64,000 nt of DNA from a virus: positions 352,001 to 416,000 of IMG/VR virus record IMGVR_UViG_3300012642_000011. One strand, 5' to 3'. Below are positions 29,401 to 37,900 of the stretch, piece by piece; the first letter of the stretch is position 1; the number at the start of each line of letters is the position of its first letter. A program made the position numbers and the translations under genes. The notes below the pieces were generated by a model, which saw nothing but the letters and a program-made list of their open reading frames with translations, ran no database searches and was not told the DNA's origin.

Positions 29401-30601
29401 CATTACGATCAGCATATTCACAGTAAGAGATGCCTTCTTTTGGACCCTGTGGTGGACTGGAGATGGACAGAAGATCAGCGGGAACTTTTGCCTCTTCTGG
29501 AGTTGTACCCATGACCATAGCAACAAGTTGTTTTACAGCCTCACGGGAGATTTCTTCATTGGAGAGTTCTCTGGCGTTATAGAGCGTGGAACCATAATTG
29601 TCCCTAAACCATGCGTAGTTTGCGACAACATTATAATCTGATGTGTCCAGAACAGTATTCACAGAATCTGTGACAGATCCAATGACAAATCCAGAGTAGA
29701 GACCGCCGATAGCGCCAATGATGTCGCCCTTTTTCATTCCACTGATGAATTCTTCACCGGCTATTCCTAAACCTTTATGTACGCCGGAAAATGCTGCTTT
29801 TCCTGACATACCAATCATGTCCATCATACCGAAGTTAGAAAGCATTCTTGCTGATGTAGCAACTCTAATCTGGTCCCATTCACCGTAGTAGTTGGTGTAT
29901 CTTAGGTTGTATCCGAAGAGTTCAAGACCAGAGTACTTGTAGTATCTTTTGCTTGGATCTGAAGAGGGTTCCATAGCCTTAGTAATTGCACTAGGCATTC
30001 CGAATGCAGGAGTGTCAATTTTAGAAGAGGTCACGTTTGCACCCTTGGGGCCTGTGAATCCAATGAAGGAGATAAGATCTTGAAGCATCTCTGTAGGAAC
30101 GTTAGGGATGTCACAGTTGTGATAGAGAGGCGTTCCTGCCCACTTGTCGTCAACATTACACATGAAGTTTTTATTGACTGTTGTGGGAGTGTCTTTACTG
30201 GTATATGCTAGGGGAGCTTGGTTTAGGTACTTTCCTGCACCTGCAACTCTAGCCAAGGCACCACCAATAGTGTTTCTTTCCTGAGTCGGGTCTACATAAT
30301 CAAATATTGGCTTTTCGCCTTCTTGGTCAGGGTCTTTGAATTCCTTGAAATAATTGTTGAAAGCCTCTCTGACTTTGTTTTGTAGTTCTCTTTCTTGTTT
30401 GTCTGATTCAGAACTTTGTGCGGATGCTGTAGTGGCTTGCATACTGGATGACAATCCTACAAAAGCGAAGGAGATAACCGCTAAAAGGGAAAAGAGCATA
30501 AAAAAGAAAGGTCTGATGATAGAAGTTTTTTCTATCACAGATTTTTCAAGATATACTGATCCCTTGTTCTTAGACATAGATATATTAATCTCCTGTAGCA
30601 C
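26408..30601 (-). CDS. Giant VirB6/TrbL-like polytopic membrane protein (1397 aa), paralog
   Basis: Signal/TM N-terminus, a large extracytoplasmic domain, then a multi-TM core containing GGGKTVNNWALYHLS ... IMLPFVLLVGILPGPGRRMLRGY. A disordered acidic C-terminal tail. Confidence 0.55.
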   Translation of the reverse strand: MLQEINISMSKNKGSVYLEKSVIEKTSIIRPFFFMLFSLLAVISFAFVGLSSSMQATTASAQSSESDKQERELQNKVREAFNNYFKEFKDPDQEGEKPIFDYVDPTQERNTIGGALARVAGAGKYLNQAPLAYTSKDTPTTVNKNFMCNVDDKWAGTPLYHNCDIPNVPTEMLQDLISFIGFTGPKGANVTSSKIDTPAFGMPSAITKAMEPSSDPSKRYYKYSGLELFGYNLRYTNYYGEWDQIRVATSARMLSNFGMMDMIGMSGKAAFSGVHKGLGIAGEEFISGMKKGDIIGAIGGLYSGFVIGSVTDSVNTVLDTSDYNVVANYAWFRDNYGSTLYNARELSNEEISREAVKQLVAMVMGTTPEEAKVPADLLSISSPPQGPKEGISYCEYADRNGKVVKVKPSRAPGISEEACASRAKDAQGAVDVDDAKYTWSEDGTQKAESLKEWVARDKAFSIGEKYNMACKPNLDVKDEEAVAAEVAKVVNCWSEEWNKARDEALIKSEKEVTKEWTKDAISSQKFLKWIQEDPARNFNAPWNRFVCLDSSGKDLRINGHNVKVFNPDGSLNDQCGGGAPRPPIQNGFFGNGYVDGQSKPDVDTRNTLSQKSMFEVIFPIDLIFSSIAKSGLDIAIFFNRIANTVINLSFMPIGEELGINKIVVSLMESYRDGIFFPISVIIGAAVGVIMIFQVIIKRNFREQFLNALLAMLTMIAGVALLTRPAETIKAVETIPTNFESWVMGTIFNFGKSQDVLCSVTGESMSDSTVGFDGEATGNSVQGNVRFLMCESWRAFSFTPWVVGQWGTSYDELYANGTEGVKGTMQNSNEQLVGSAPVEMGGGKTVNNWALYHLSTITSGTAYEKDLTEPNGSIDPDFYRIVDMQAGPNNGAGTDGRYFSAWTGQDYGSRITSGLSGAVTSVVSSVVIISYSVVKIQISIITTIMLIMLPFVLLVGILPGPGRRMLRGYAATILGLMIQRVVLVVLMSLMFKVLIGFANFGGSPLISLVLVCIGAVIFYSLKKEALEGAFNITNGIGRHVAAGIANEPIKSTINVLGQNRFISNRAEHTKAAAKGVVSGGIGSYMSGSRDLKGALAGAKAGYDYETGKVHKNQRRRGFSALESFGTAYSSTSNKIRNDLENEMRENGAVDELYGTKKDFEEQKGDENKRNSTMSMYDYGKNLSAYNDLSTKERVDENGKKFKVNPANEDDIDFTRGLAGIPESSRIYKPSNPKIDINSASEARAARKYMDARAKKRDEEIDKIAEDDSYSTDFSSVSEARAAYNKANADQGDQQQDDTSTSGEQMNNQHQPEQDETTSPVSTPDVEITGKVKVRRLRIIKKRRTSTEKMEDAIKKFRASQDFNYALSDLILGEKEKEIRILQEAKEYENNKKDEGGDQ

Positions 30602-30643
30602 CCATTATTTATATCAATTTTCTAATGGGATGATGTTTTATGA

Positions 30644-31195
30644 TCATTCAGATGAATCATCGTCAATGACGTAAGTGATCCCCTTGCATGTATCAGGCCA
30701 GTTGCCACAGAAGCGACATTCATATCCCCATCTCTTTGAATTCTCAGCAAAGTATCCATCTTGAATTTTCACTCTTCTGAAACCAAGCGTTTGTAGCACT
30801 TGTTGGTTCCCGATTAAGGGTACGCCTGGTTCACCATCCCTGTCCTCAACTCTTGGTGTCTTAAGAATAAGTTCTACTCTGCTTGCACCATAACTTGCAA
30901 TCTTCCTTAGCACACTGAAAGTGATCAGAGTCCCAAATCCATCTTTTCTGTAAGGTGTCGATACGCAAACACAGTCAATGACTCCTACTGTTTTGGTTCC
31001 TTTTCCAGGAATCCTTACATTTTTAAAATGGTAAAGTCCAAAACCCACAAATTCCCCGTTGGAAATCTTAATGACCATATGGTATGTATGAGCATAGCTG
31101 CCAAACATTGACTTGAGCACACCTGCACCCAAGGACTCGTTGGCTATCGCTTTGATCTCTGGTGGAAGAGAATTATATGTGAGTTTTGCCGTCAT
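30644..31195 (-). CDS. GNAT family N-acetyltransferase
   Basis: Motif-A-like VGVIDCVCVSTPYRKDGFGTLI. 183 aa. Confidence 0.5.
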   Translation of the reverse strand: MTAKLTYNSLPPEIKAIANESLGAGVLKSMFGSYAHTYHMVIKISNGEFVGFGLYHFKNVRIPGKGTKTVGVIDCVCVSTPYRKDGFGTLITFSVLRKIASYGASRVELILKTPRVEDRDGEPGVPLIGNQQVLQTLGFRRVKIQDGYFAENSKRWGYECRFCGNWPDTCKGITYVIDDDSSE

Positions 31196-31265
31196 TTCTT
31201 CTCTCTTTTCTGTGTTATCCTAATCATATTGTTGAATATCATAGATGGGTGTGCTCTTTTATTGA

Positions 31266-31619
31266 TCATTTTTGCTTCGTATTAGGAATAACATGATCTA
31301 ATGCTAATTGTCTCCACGTGTCCTTTGTTGGCTTATCAATCTTTCCATTGTTCATGAGTTTCCACAGTTGTCTGATCTTCCAACTCAAACTTGTTTTCAG
31401 CCTTTTGGACTTCCCATATGTTGACTTATTATGCTCATAACTCGTGATCTCAATGAATCCTGGTATCTTTAATTCTCCATTATTCATGATTTCATCAACA
31501 ATGATATCAATGGTCCCATCGATCACATCATGGACAATATCCGGCCTGATTCCAACATGAGTTGAGACTTTTCTTGCAAGTTCTCTTGTGTTTCCTGTTG
31601 CTTTCCTTGGCTCAGGCAT
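31266..31619 (-). CDS. Divergent HU/IHF-like DNA-binding protein (tentative)
   Basis: The N-terminal half aligns in pattern with the HU helix-turn and arm (TRELARKVS ... GELKIPGFIEITS). Confidence 0.35.
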   Translation of the reverse strand: MPEPRKATGNTRELARKVSTHVGIRPDIVHDVIDGTIDIIVDEIMNNGELKIPGFIEITSYEHNKSTYGKSKRLKTSLSWKIRQLWKLMNNGKIDKPTKDTWRQLALDHVIPNTKQK

Positions 31620-32058
31620 ATGATCCTACTCCATACATGATTGCTGTTCTCAAGAACTTATCTAGCATAGTCATAATCTCTGATTGCAATTCATTCAATG
31701 GGATTGATCCCTTGTTGTTCTCATAGTCAAAGGACCATTTCTTGCTCTCTCGTAGAACGCTTTTGTTCATATGAGAACCGAGATCTTCTGGAATGTCTAT
31801 TTCTATGTCTTCGTAATGATCAACTCTGATAGACACTTTCTTTTGGCCTATTTCCCAGTCAGTTCTTGCAATTTCTTTAACTTTGAATTCCAATTGTTTG
31901 AATGAATGATAGAAAATGTTGTCTTTTTCCTCAGAAGTCAAATTGAGTTTATATTTTGTTGACGCAGTTCTCATTTCTTCGTATGCAGCAAGTTTGAGAT
32001 CATCGACATAATGCTCTGGAAGTGTAATGTTGATGAATGCTTTATTGTTCAGTCTCAT
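31612..32058 (-). CDS. Hypothetical protein (148 aa)
   Basis: Intact ORF overlapping the downstream gene. Confidence 0.35.
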   Translation of the reverse strand: MRLNNKAFINITLPEHYVDDLKLAAYEEMRTASTKYKLNLTSEEKDNIFYHSFKQLEFKVKEIARTDWEIGQKKVSIRVDHYEDIEIDIPEDLGSHMNKSVLRESKKWSFDYENNKGSIPLNELQSEIMTMLDKFLRTAIMYGVGSYA

Positions 32059-32114
32059 ATCGCCCCTGTCTGTTTACGCTTATCAGGAAAACAAAAAATA
32101 TTTATATCTTCTAT

Positions 32115-32163
32115 TTCCTCCCATAATATAACAAAAGAGGGAGGAAATAATTCCTCCCTCTTT
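32115..32163 (-). terminator. Strong rho-independent terminator after the hup-like gene
   Basis: 13-bp perfect stem aaagagggaggaa / ttcctccctcttt with a 4-nt loop, then TTTTGTTATATTAT on the minus strand. An extra upstream copy of gggaggaaata could form an alternative pairing. Confidence 0.55.
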
Positions 32164-32195
32164 ACATATTAAATTGTTGTTGAGTTATTCTCAGA

Positions 32196-32486
32196 TCACT
32201 CGCCAGCAACTGTGCGCTTGATAACAGCAGCAGGTGTGAACTTGACTCGCTTCTTGGCAGGAATATCAATCTCCTCGCGGGTACGTGGGTGAACACCCTT
32301 ACGTGCCTCGCTGGTGGAGACCTTAGCAGTGAACAACCCGCTAATCTTCACGTCGTTGCCATCGCCCAACTCGTTCTTGATCAAGTCAATTACGAGGTCA
32401 ACAATGCGTGCTGCCTCAGCCTTGGAGATGTCCTTCTTTGTTGCAACATCAGCAACAAGATCTGCCTTTGTGTAAGTCTCAGCCAT
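32196..32486 (-). CDS. hup: HU family DNA-binding protein
   Basis: 96 aa. The DNA-binding arm reads GLFTAKVSTSEARKGVHPRTREEIDIPAKKRVKFTPAAVIK. Confidence 0.8.
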   Translation of the reverse strand: MAETYTKADLVADVATKKDISKAEAARIVDLVIDLIKNELGDGNDVKISGLFTAKVSTSEARKGVHPRTREEIDIPAKKRVKFTPAAVIKRTVAGE

Positions 32487-32627
32487 AAGCTTCTCCTTTG
32501 TCTTTTTAGTTCATCAGGAACTTCCTGAATCACATTCAGTGTATCAATTCATCATGAGAATCACTCACATGACACTACATAATATCAAAACTTTGCCATT
32601 TTGCCTACAATTATCATAGCATTGATA

Positions 32628-32870
32628 TCATTTGATGGTATTAATCTCGTCATCTTCCAAGAAGAAGACAGATTCTTCATCTTCTTCCTCAATAACGACC
32701 TTTTTCTGAGGCTTTTCTACTACTCCATCCTCATCAGGAAGGACATCGTGAAGGTCATCATACCTCCTCTTCACAGTGAGTACAATGACTACTATGGCAA
32801 CAATGATGATGATTGCACATAACGCATACATCCCCCACTGCACAATCAGACTCGTAGGTATAGCATTCAT
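32628..32870 (-). CDS. Small single-pass membrane protein with acidic C-terminus
   Basis: 80 aa with one TM helix (LCAIIIIVAIVVIVLTV). Confidence 0.35.
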   Translation of the reverse strand: MNAIPTSLIVQWGMYALCAIIIIVAIVVIVLTVKRRYDDLHDVLPDEDGVVEKPQKKVVIEEEDEESVFFLEDDEINTIK

Positions 32871-33919
32871 TATTTCGCTCCTTTATTAAAGAGTTTGGAA
32901 TAATTCGTATTCCTCGTCTCGCTTTCTTGTTCTATCCTTGATATCAACGCTCCCACATGGAACTCCTCATGAGGATCTTTCTCAAGATCCTTAAGGAAGG
33001 AGAAGAAGAGAGAATGTGGATCACGAAGGTATTTCTTCCATACCGTAGCCAAAGATCTGTACTCAGAAGGCGTCATTGTTGACACCACATTTAAAAGATA
33101 ATCACCCATAGAAGGCACATTCATCTCAGAAAGAAGAACGGCTTTAGCCTGATCTGTGAAATCTCCTGTCTCAAGAAAACGGCCAAAAAGACTCTCCCCT
33201 AAAATCTCGCTGTCATGATCAGAGAAAGAACCTGTAGAGACAGTATCCTGAGTATCAATGGACACTACGCCCATGTCGCCTTTATACAATGCTTCTTGCT
33301 CTTCAATGAGATCAATAGTCATCTTCTTATTGGATTCATAAGCAACATCTGAAGAACCCACGCGTCCATTCTTGTTTTCAATGTCAGCAGAACCAGAATG
33401 GAAATACTCAAGCACTTCTTCATTGGAGACTTCTCTTCCACGCTCCGAAGAAAGTTTCGATCTTACAGCAGCAATCTTCTTCATCTTCTGATACCTACTA
33501 GGAGCAATGCCTTCAGGTGTTTCCAAAGAAAGCATCTCCTTCTTGCTATAAGTAGTGATCCACTGAAGAAGATAATTAGTAGAAGAGACATTGATCTTGT
33601 CTACATCAAACTTTCTCAAACCCCTGATCATTCCACCGATTCCAGCTTGGTACACAGTATCGAAGATAGTGGGATCTTGAGAAATGGGGATTCTAGAAGA
33701 TTTAATAATTGAAGCCACTTCTTTTACAATCAATGGCGCGCACAAGTCGCTGATCCTAGAGATAGCAATTGACCTCATACGAGCCACTGATTCCAACCTG
33801 TTCCTCTCATGAGGATCAAGGTCTTCTTCTAACAATAAATCCATAGCATGATCTGCTTGCTGGAAGATGGGAACATAGTGTCTTAAATCCTCTACGGTGA
33901 TCCTATCTGATCTTCTCAT
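32870..33919 (-). CDS. Sigma-70 family-like protein (region 2 recognisable)
   Basis: FDTVYQAGIGGMIRGLRKFDVDKINVSSTNYLLQWITTY matches the sigma region 2.1-2.4 pattern. Region 4 is not clearly recognisable. Confidence 0.45.
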   Translation of the reverse strand: MRRSDRITVEDLRHYVPIFQQADHAMDLLLEEDLDPHERNRLESVARMRSIAISRISDLCAPLIVKEVASIIKSSRIPISQDPTIFDTVYQAGIGGMIRGLRKFDVDKINVSSTNYLLQWITTYSKKEMLSLETPEGIAPSRYQKMKKIAAVRSKLSSERGREVSNEEVLEYFHSGSADIENKNGRVGSSDVAYESNKKMTIDLIEEQEALYKGDMGVVSIDTQDTVSTGSFSDHDSEILGESLFGRFLETGDFTDQAKAVLLSEMNVPSMGDYLLNVVSTMTPSEYRSLATVWKKYLRDPHSLFFSFLKDLEKDPHEEFHVGALISRIEQESETRNTNYSKLFNKGAK

Positions 33920-35196
33920 ATTGTCCTTCCGCTACCACCTGTTTTAAATGGATTGCTACCAATGTTACTCAAAGGTGTTGATGTCTTGTGCGCTGATGCT
34001 GGGTCATAGTGAGTGGGCCTTGACATATGTGCAGGTTGTGGAACATTCGGCGCGCTGTCCAAGAACTGTTGAATGTCAGCAGATTTCTTCTGCAACTTCT
34101 CACGGAGTTCATCACTGAACTGACTCTTCTTTAAGAAGACATCCTTTTCTTCATCCCACTGGTAAAGCGTGGAGGAAGTCATCTTTGCGTCCTCTCCCTG
34201 ACCAACACCTCTTAAGACTTCTTCAATGTGGCTGACCCTGTGCTTGTCTTTATGCTTGACCAACTGAACAATAATGTCAACAGATGCACCAATGGATTGG
34301 TTAACCATTCTAATGTTTGATCCTGGCCTGCCCGCAGATGTGAACTCTGACATCTTTGTTAAGCATGCTCTTGGGTTGTCAGCGTGCATTGTGGTCATAG
34401 ATCCATCCATACCAGAGTTAGCGGCAATCAGGAATGATGAGAACTCTTTACCTCTAATCTCACCAACGAGAAGTTTGTCTGTTCTCATTCTCTGGAACTG
34501 CTGGATAACCCATTCAAGAGTAACCACATTGTTGACATCCATACCAGGTGAATAAGGCACCGACTGAAGGTAAGAAACGTTTGGTTGGATCAACTCAAGT
34601 TCTGGCAAGTCCTCAGCAATACCGATTCTATACTCTGGATCAATAATTTTCGTCACTGCTTCCATCATCGTGGTCTTTCCTGCACCTGTACCACCACTAA
34701 ACACCACAGTGAGATCAGATGCTACAGCACACTCTAAGAAGTTCTTCATCTCTGTTGACATGGACCCTTGCCCTGCAATGGAATCCAATGTGCTCAATGA
34801 GATACTCTTCTTAGCAATGGTCACCTGAGGAGCATATGTTGCAGCAGGGGGCAATACGACGTGGCATCTTGCCCTGACTCTTGTCTTGGCATCGGGAACA
34901 TTATACATAAGGATGCCTTCGAACAGTGATACATCCCACGAGAATTCACCATATGCCCTCATGACCTTTTTATTTTTCATAGTCTCTTCAAGGGCTTCAT
35001 TGTACTGTTTTTCTGTCATATTAATATGAGAAATATGAATCCTTCTACCATTCTTCTTCATAAAAAACTTATCAGGGCCATTGGCTTCGATTTCAGAGAC
35101 AGAAGGATCAAGAAGAAGATTGAAGCAATCATTCCATGCATCATTCTCCACAATCTTGTATTTTGAGATAGTATTTGATTCAAAAGAAAGACTCAC
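33916..35196 (-). CDS. VirB11/CpaF(TadA)-family secretion traffic ATPase
   Basis: Walker A VVFSGGTGAGKTTMMEA, Asp box RIGIAEDLPEL, Walker B LLVGEIRGKE, His box ANSGMDGSMTTMHADN. Confidence 0.8.
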   Translation of the reverse strand: MSLSFESNTISKYKIVENDAWNDCFNLLLDPSVSEIEANGPDKFFMKKNGRRIHISHINMTEKQYNEALEETMKNKKVMRAYGEFSWDVSLFEGILMYNVPDAKTRVRARCHVVLPPAATYAPQVTIAKKSISLSTLDSIAGQGSMSTEMKNFLECAVASDLTVVFSGGTGAGKTTMMEAVTKIIDPEYRIGIAEDLPELELIQPNVSYLQSVPYSPGMDVNNVVTLEWVIQQFQRMRTDKLLVGEIRGKEFSSFLIAANSGMDGSMTTMHADNPRACLTKMSEFTSAGRPGSNIRMVNQSIGASVDIIVQLVKHKDKHRVSHIEEVLRGVGQGEDAKMTSSTLYQWDEEKDVFLKKSQFSDELREKLQKKSADIQQFLDSAPNVPQPAHMSRPTHYDPASAHKTSTPLSNIGSNPFKTGGSGRTI

Positions 35197-35296
35197 GATA
35201 ACTCCTATATTGGTGCCTTATAACTATTTTCAATATCATGAATCCAAAGGTGTTTTCAGCATATCAAAAGCATATTAGCAACCCAGAATCCTGACT

Positions 35297-35341
35297 GCTG
35301 AAGAAAAGAAAAGCGCCTTCTCGACCAATACGAGAAGGCGC
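35297..35341 (-). terminator. Rho-independent terminator after the sbcC-like gene
   Basis: 11-bp perfect stem gcgccttctcg / cgagaaggcgc with a 7-nt loop, followed by TTTTCTTTTCTTC. Confidence 0.55.
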
Positions 35342-35357
35342 ACAATGAAGTCAGAGA

Positions 35358-37661
35358 TCAATCATCCCTGTTCAGTTCAAAGTTCTGATCAGAAACCTCA
35401 TGGATAACACTGCTATGCGCAATCAAGATGATCTGACCATGGAAATAATCCTTGACTACAGAAAGAATCCTCTCAGATCTCTCCAAATCCTGTGAAACCA
35501 ATGCTTCATCAAGAATGAGAAGACTTGTGTCCAAAACAATAGCAATAGCCAACCTGATAGCAATGGCTGCTGCTGACATTTCTCCACCTGACAACGTACC
35601 AATAGGAACCTTTACACCATTTGCTCTGACAATGGATACATTGAAGTTATGATCCATCAGAATCTGAGTGAACTTTCCAGAAGTAAAACGGTTCATCATT
35701 TCAGACGCATGTGCTTCAATCAAAGGAATTGATTCAGAGATTCTATCTTCACGATACTCTTCAACAACCTTCAATGCTGACACAGACCTCTCCACAGCAA
35801 GCAAAGACTTCTCGTACTTCTCAACGCTTTCCTTCATAGCATCAAGTTCTTTCTGCTTGTACTTCAGACTTTCCTCAATCTCTTTGTAATCAGCCTTGTC
35901 AGATGAATACTTCTCAGCGACCTTGATGTACGCATCAGATGCAGCATCCATCTTCTTTCTCAAAGAAGCCATTTTGGCCTCACTCAATGGCTTATTTTCA
36001 CCTATTGACTCTTCCAAAGAGGACAGCTGTGTTTTCAAACCAGACAGTACCTCATCAGCCTTATTGTAGCGAGCAATAATTCTGTCATACTCATCCTTCT
36101 TCGACTTCAAATCCCTTGCATCAGCAAGATCAGATTCCGCGCTCTTGATCTTGTTCGAAACAATCTTTTCCTTGAACTCGTAATCCATGATCTCCTTCTT
36201 CATGGACTCAATGGTTTCAATGTCCTCTGCAATGGACTTCCATGACACTCTGATCTGATTCAACTCATCAAAATTAGTTTTCTTCTCTGCAAGAAGCGCC
36301 TTCTTCTCTTCAATAGAGGACTTGATCTCCTTGTTTTTCTTCCTCAAAGAAGCCACCTGCCCTTGAAGCAACTCAACTGCTTCTGAAGGATCAGCAACTC
36401 TCTGCAAGCATGTGGGGCAAGTTCCATCATCTTGCGTCAAAGCATCAATAGCAACATTGATCTTCTTTCCTTCTGAGACAACTGAAGAAGACTGATCCTG
36501 AAGATCATTGATTTCATTTTGCAATGATTCGGAGTCTGCCTTGAGAGTTCTCATCTCACCTATGAGATCTTCTATCTTCTCATAGCCCTTTTTTGCAATA
36601 GATTCATCTAAAGATTTCTTCTTACTCTCAATAGAAGAAACCCTAGACTCAAGATTGATCCTTGCTGATGACAATGAAGACATCTCTGCGTTCAGTGAAG
36701 ACATGGCTTTCTCTGCCGCATCCAAAGTCATAGGTGAATGACCAAAGACAGTGAGTTCTTTCTTCTTATCCTGTCTCTCTTGGAGAAGATCAGAAACAGT
36801 GACTTCACCAGCTTTAATTCTTCCCTTGATCTCGATGATCTTCTCGGAATTCATCTTATTCTGATCAACAATCTCCTGTTGCTGACGAACTTCTTCCTTT
36901 AATTGATCAAAGGATTCCTTCTTCTCTTTAGCATCATCCCTGACAGATACAAGTGCTTCTCTCTTATCTCCTACCTTTGGAATCAGTGCATCTACCTCTG
37001 CCTGCAGCGCATTCAAGTCATCCCTGCTGGCCGTGAAGAATTCACTTGTTTTCTTCAGATCACGATGCTCTTCTCTAGCCTTCTTTAAAGCAATAGTCAA
37101 CGATGAAATACCCGTAAGATCCTCAATGACCTTTCCTCGCTCAGCCTTACCGCTGAGAATAATTCCGTCAACTTCCTTTTGGGCTACCTTAACGGCAGTA
37201 AGAAAACCCTTCTCGTCCATGCCAAGGATTCTCTTGACTTCTCTGGATACATCGGAGACACCAGCAGCAAAGGGATCACGATCCTCAATCTCCATTTTTC
37301 CTTCGGATTTATCATTCTTATAATCCTCCAATGAGGGGGAACGATAAATTTCTGCTTCTGTCAGAGAGGCACTTTTGATTGTCCTGATCACTCTGTAAAC
37401 AGTGTCTCCTGAAATGAAATCTACCTTGACAAAGACCTCTGTTTTCTTCGGATCAACACCTTCTCGAATCAGATCAGAGTTCTTAGAGATGCCCTTATGC
37501 TTTGTGCCGTATAAGGCCCATTCCACAGCATTGACAATAGAAGACTTTCCAGACCCATTAGGACCTGTGATAGTGACTAAACCTGTCTGTTTAGGTTCAA
37601 AAACCACATTCTTATGCAATCTGAAATTATTCAACTCTACTCTAGCCAAGGTTAATGACAT
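35358..37661 (-). CDS. SbcC/Rad50-like SMC-family ATPase (767 aa) with CxxC zinc hook
   Basis: N-terminal Walker A ITGPNGSGKSSIVNAVEWALYG, a long coiled coil, the hook motif DGTCPTCLQ, the ABC signature LSGGEMSAAAIA, and Walker B with D-loop LLILDEALVSQD. No adjacent SbcD/Mre11-type nuclease. Confidence 0.75.
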   Translation of the reverse strand: MSLTLARVELNNFRLHKNVVFEPKQTGLVTITGPNGSGKSSIVNAVEWALYGTKHKGISKNSDLIREGVDPKKTEVFVKVDFISGDTVYRVIRTIKSASLTEAEIYRSPSLEDYKNDKSEGKMEIEDRDPFAAGVSDVSREVKRILGMDEKGFLTAVKVAQKEVDGIILSGKAERGKVIEDLTGISSLTIALKKAREEHRDLKKTSEFFTASRDDLNALQAEVDALIPKVGDKREALVSVRDDAKEKKESFDQLKEEVRQQQEIVDQNKMNSEKIIEIKGRIKAGEVTVSDLLQERQDKKKELTVFGHSPMTLDAAEKAMSSLNAEMSSLSSARINLESRVSSIESKKKSLDESIAKKGYEKIEDLIGEMRTLKADSESLQNEINDLQDQSSSVVSEGKKINVAIDALTQDDGTCPTCLQRVADPSEAVELLQGQVASLRKKNKEIKSSIEEKKALLAEKKTNFDELNQIRVSWKSIAEDIETIESMKKEIMDYEFKEKIVSNKIKSAESDLADARDLKSKKDEYDRIIARYNKADEVLSGLKTQLSSLEESIGENKPLSEAKMASLRKKMDAASDAYIKVAEKYSSDKADYKEIEESLKYKQKELDAMKESVEKYEKSLLAVERSVSALKVVEEYREDRISESIPLIEAHASEMMNRFTSGKFTQILMDHNFNVSIVRANGVKVPIGTLSGGEMSAAAIAIRLAIAIVLDTSLLILDEALVSQDLERSERILSVVKDYFHGQIILIAHSSVIHEVSDQNFELNRDD

Positions 37662-37900
37662 AATGCCCCTCTTTATATTAATAGGATACTCTTTTCGATA
37701 CCACTATCTTAACAAAAATAAGGGTTGATCGAGTCCATGATCAACCGTTAATCTAAATAGTAGTAAATAGATTATCGCTTACGCGATTGTGAGAATCCTG
37801 CTCTCACTAATCGCTTCACAGACAGGAGTTTCACTTGGTGAAACCAAGCCAGCGCTTCCGTCTCCACGACCGTTTAACGTCTCCCCGCAACTCTGGGCGA
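37662..37900 (-). ncRNA. Predicted omega RNA (reRNA) region overlapping the tnpB 3' end and right end
   Basis: By analogy with IS605 TnpB systems, the guide RNA spans the tnpB 3' end to the element's right end. The 8-bp-stem hairpin at 37723..37746 sits in this region. Not verified. Confidence 0.25.
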
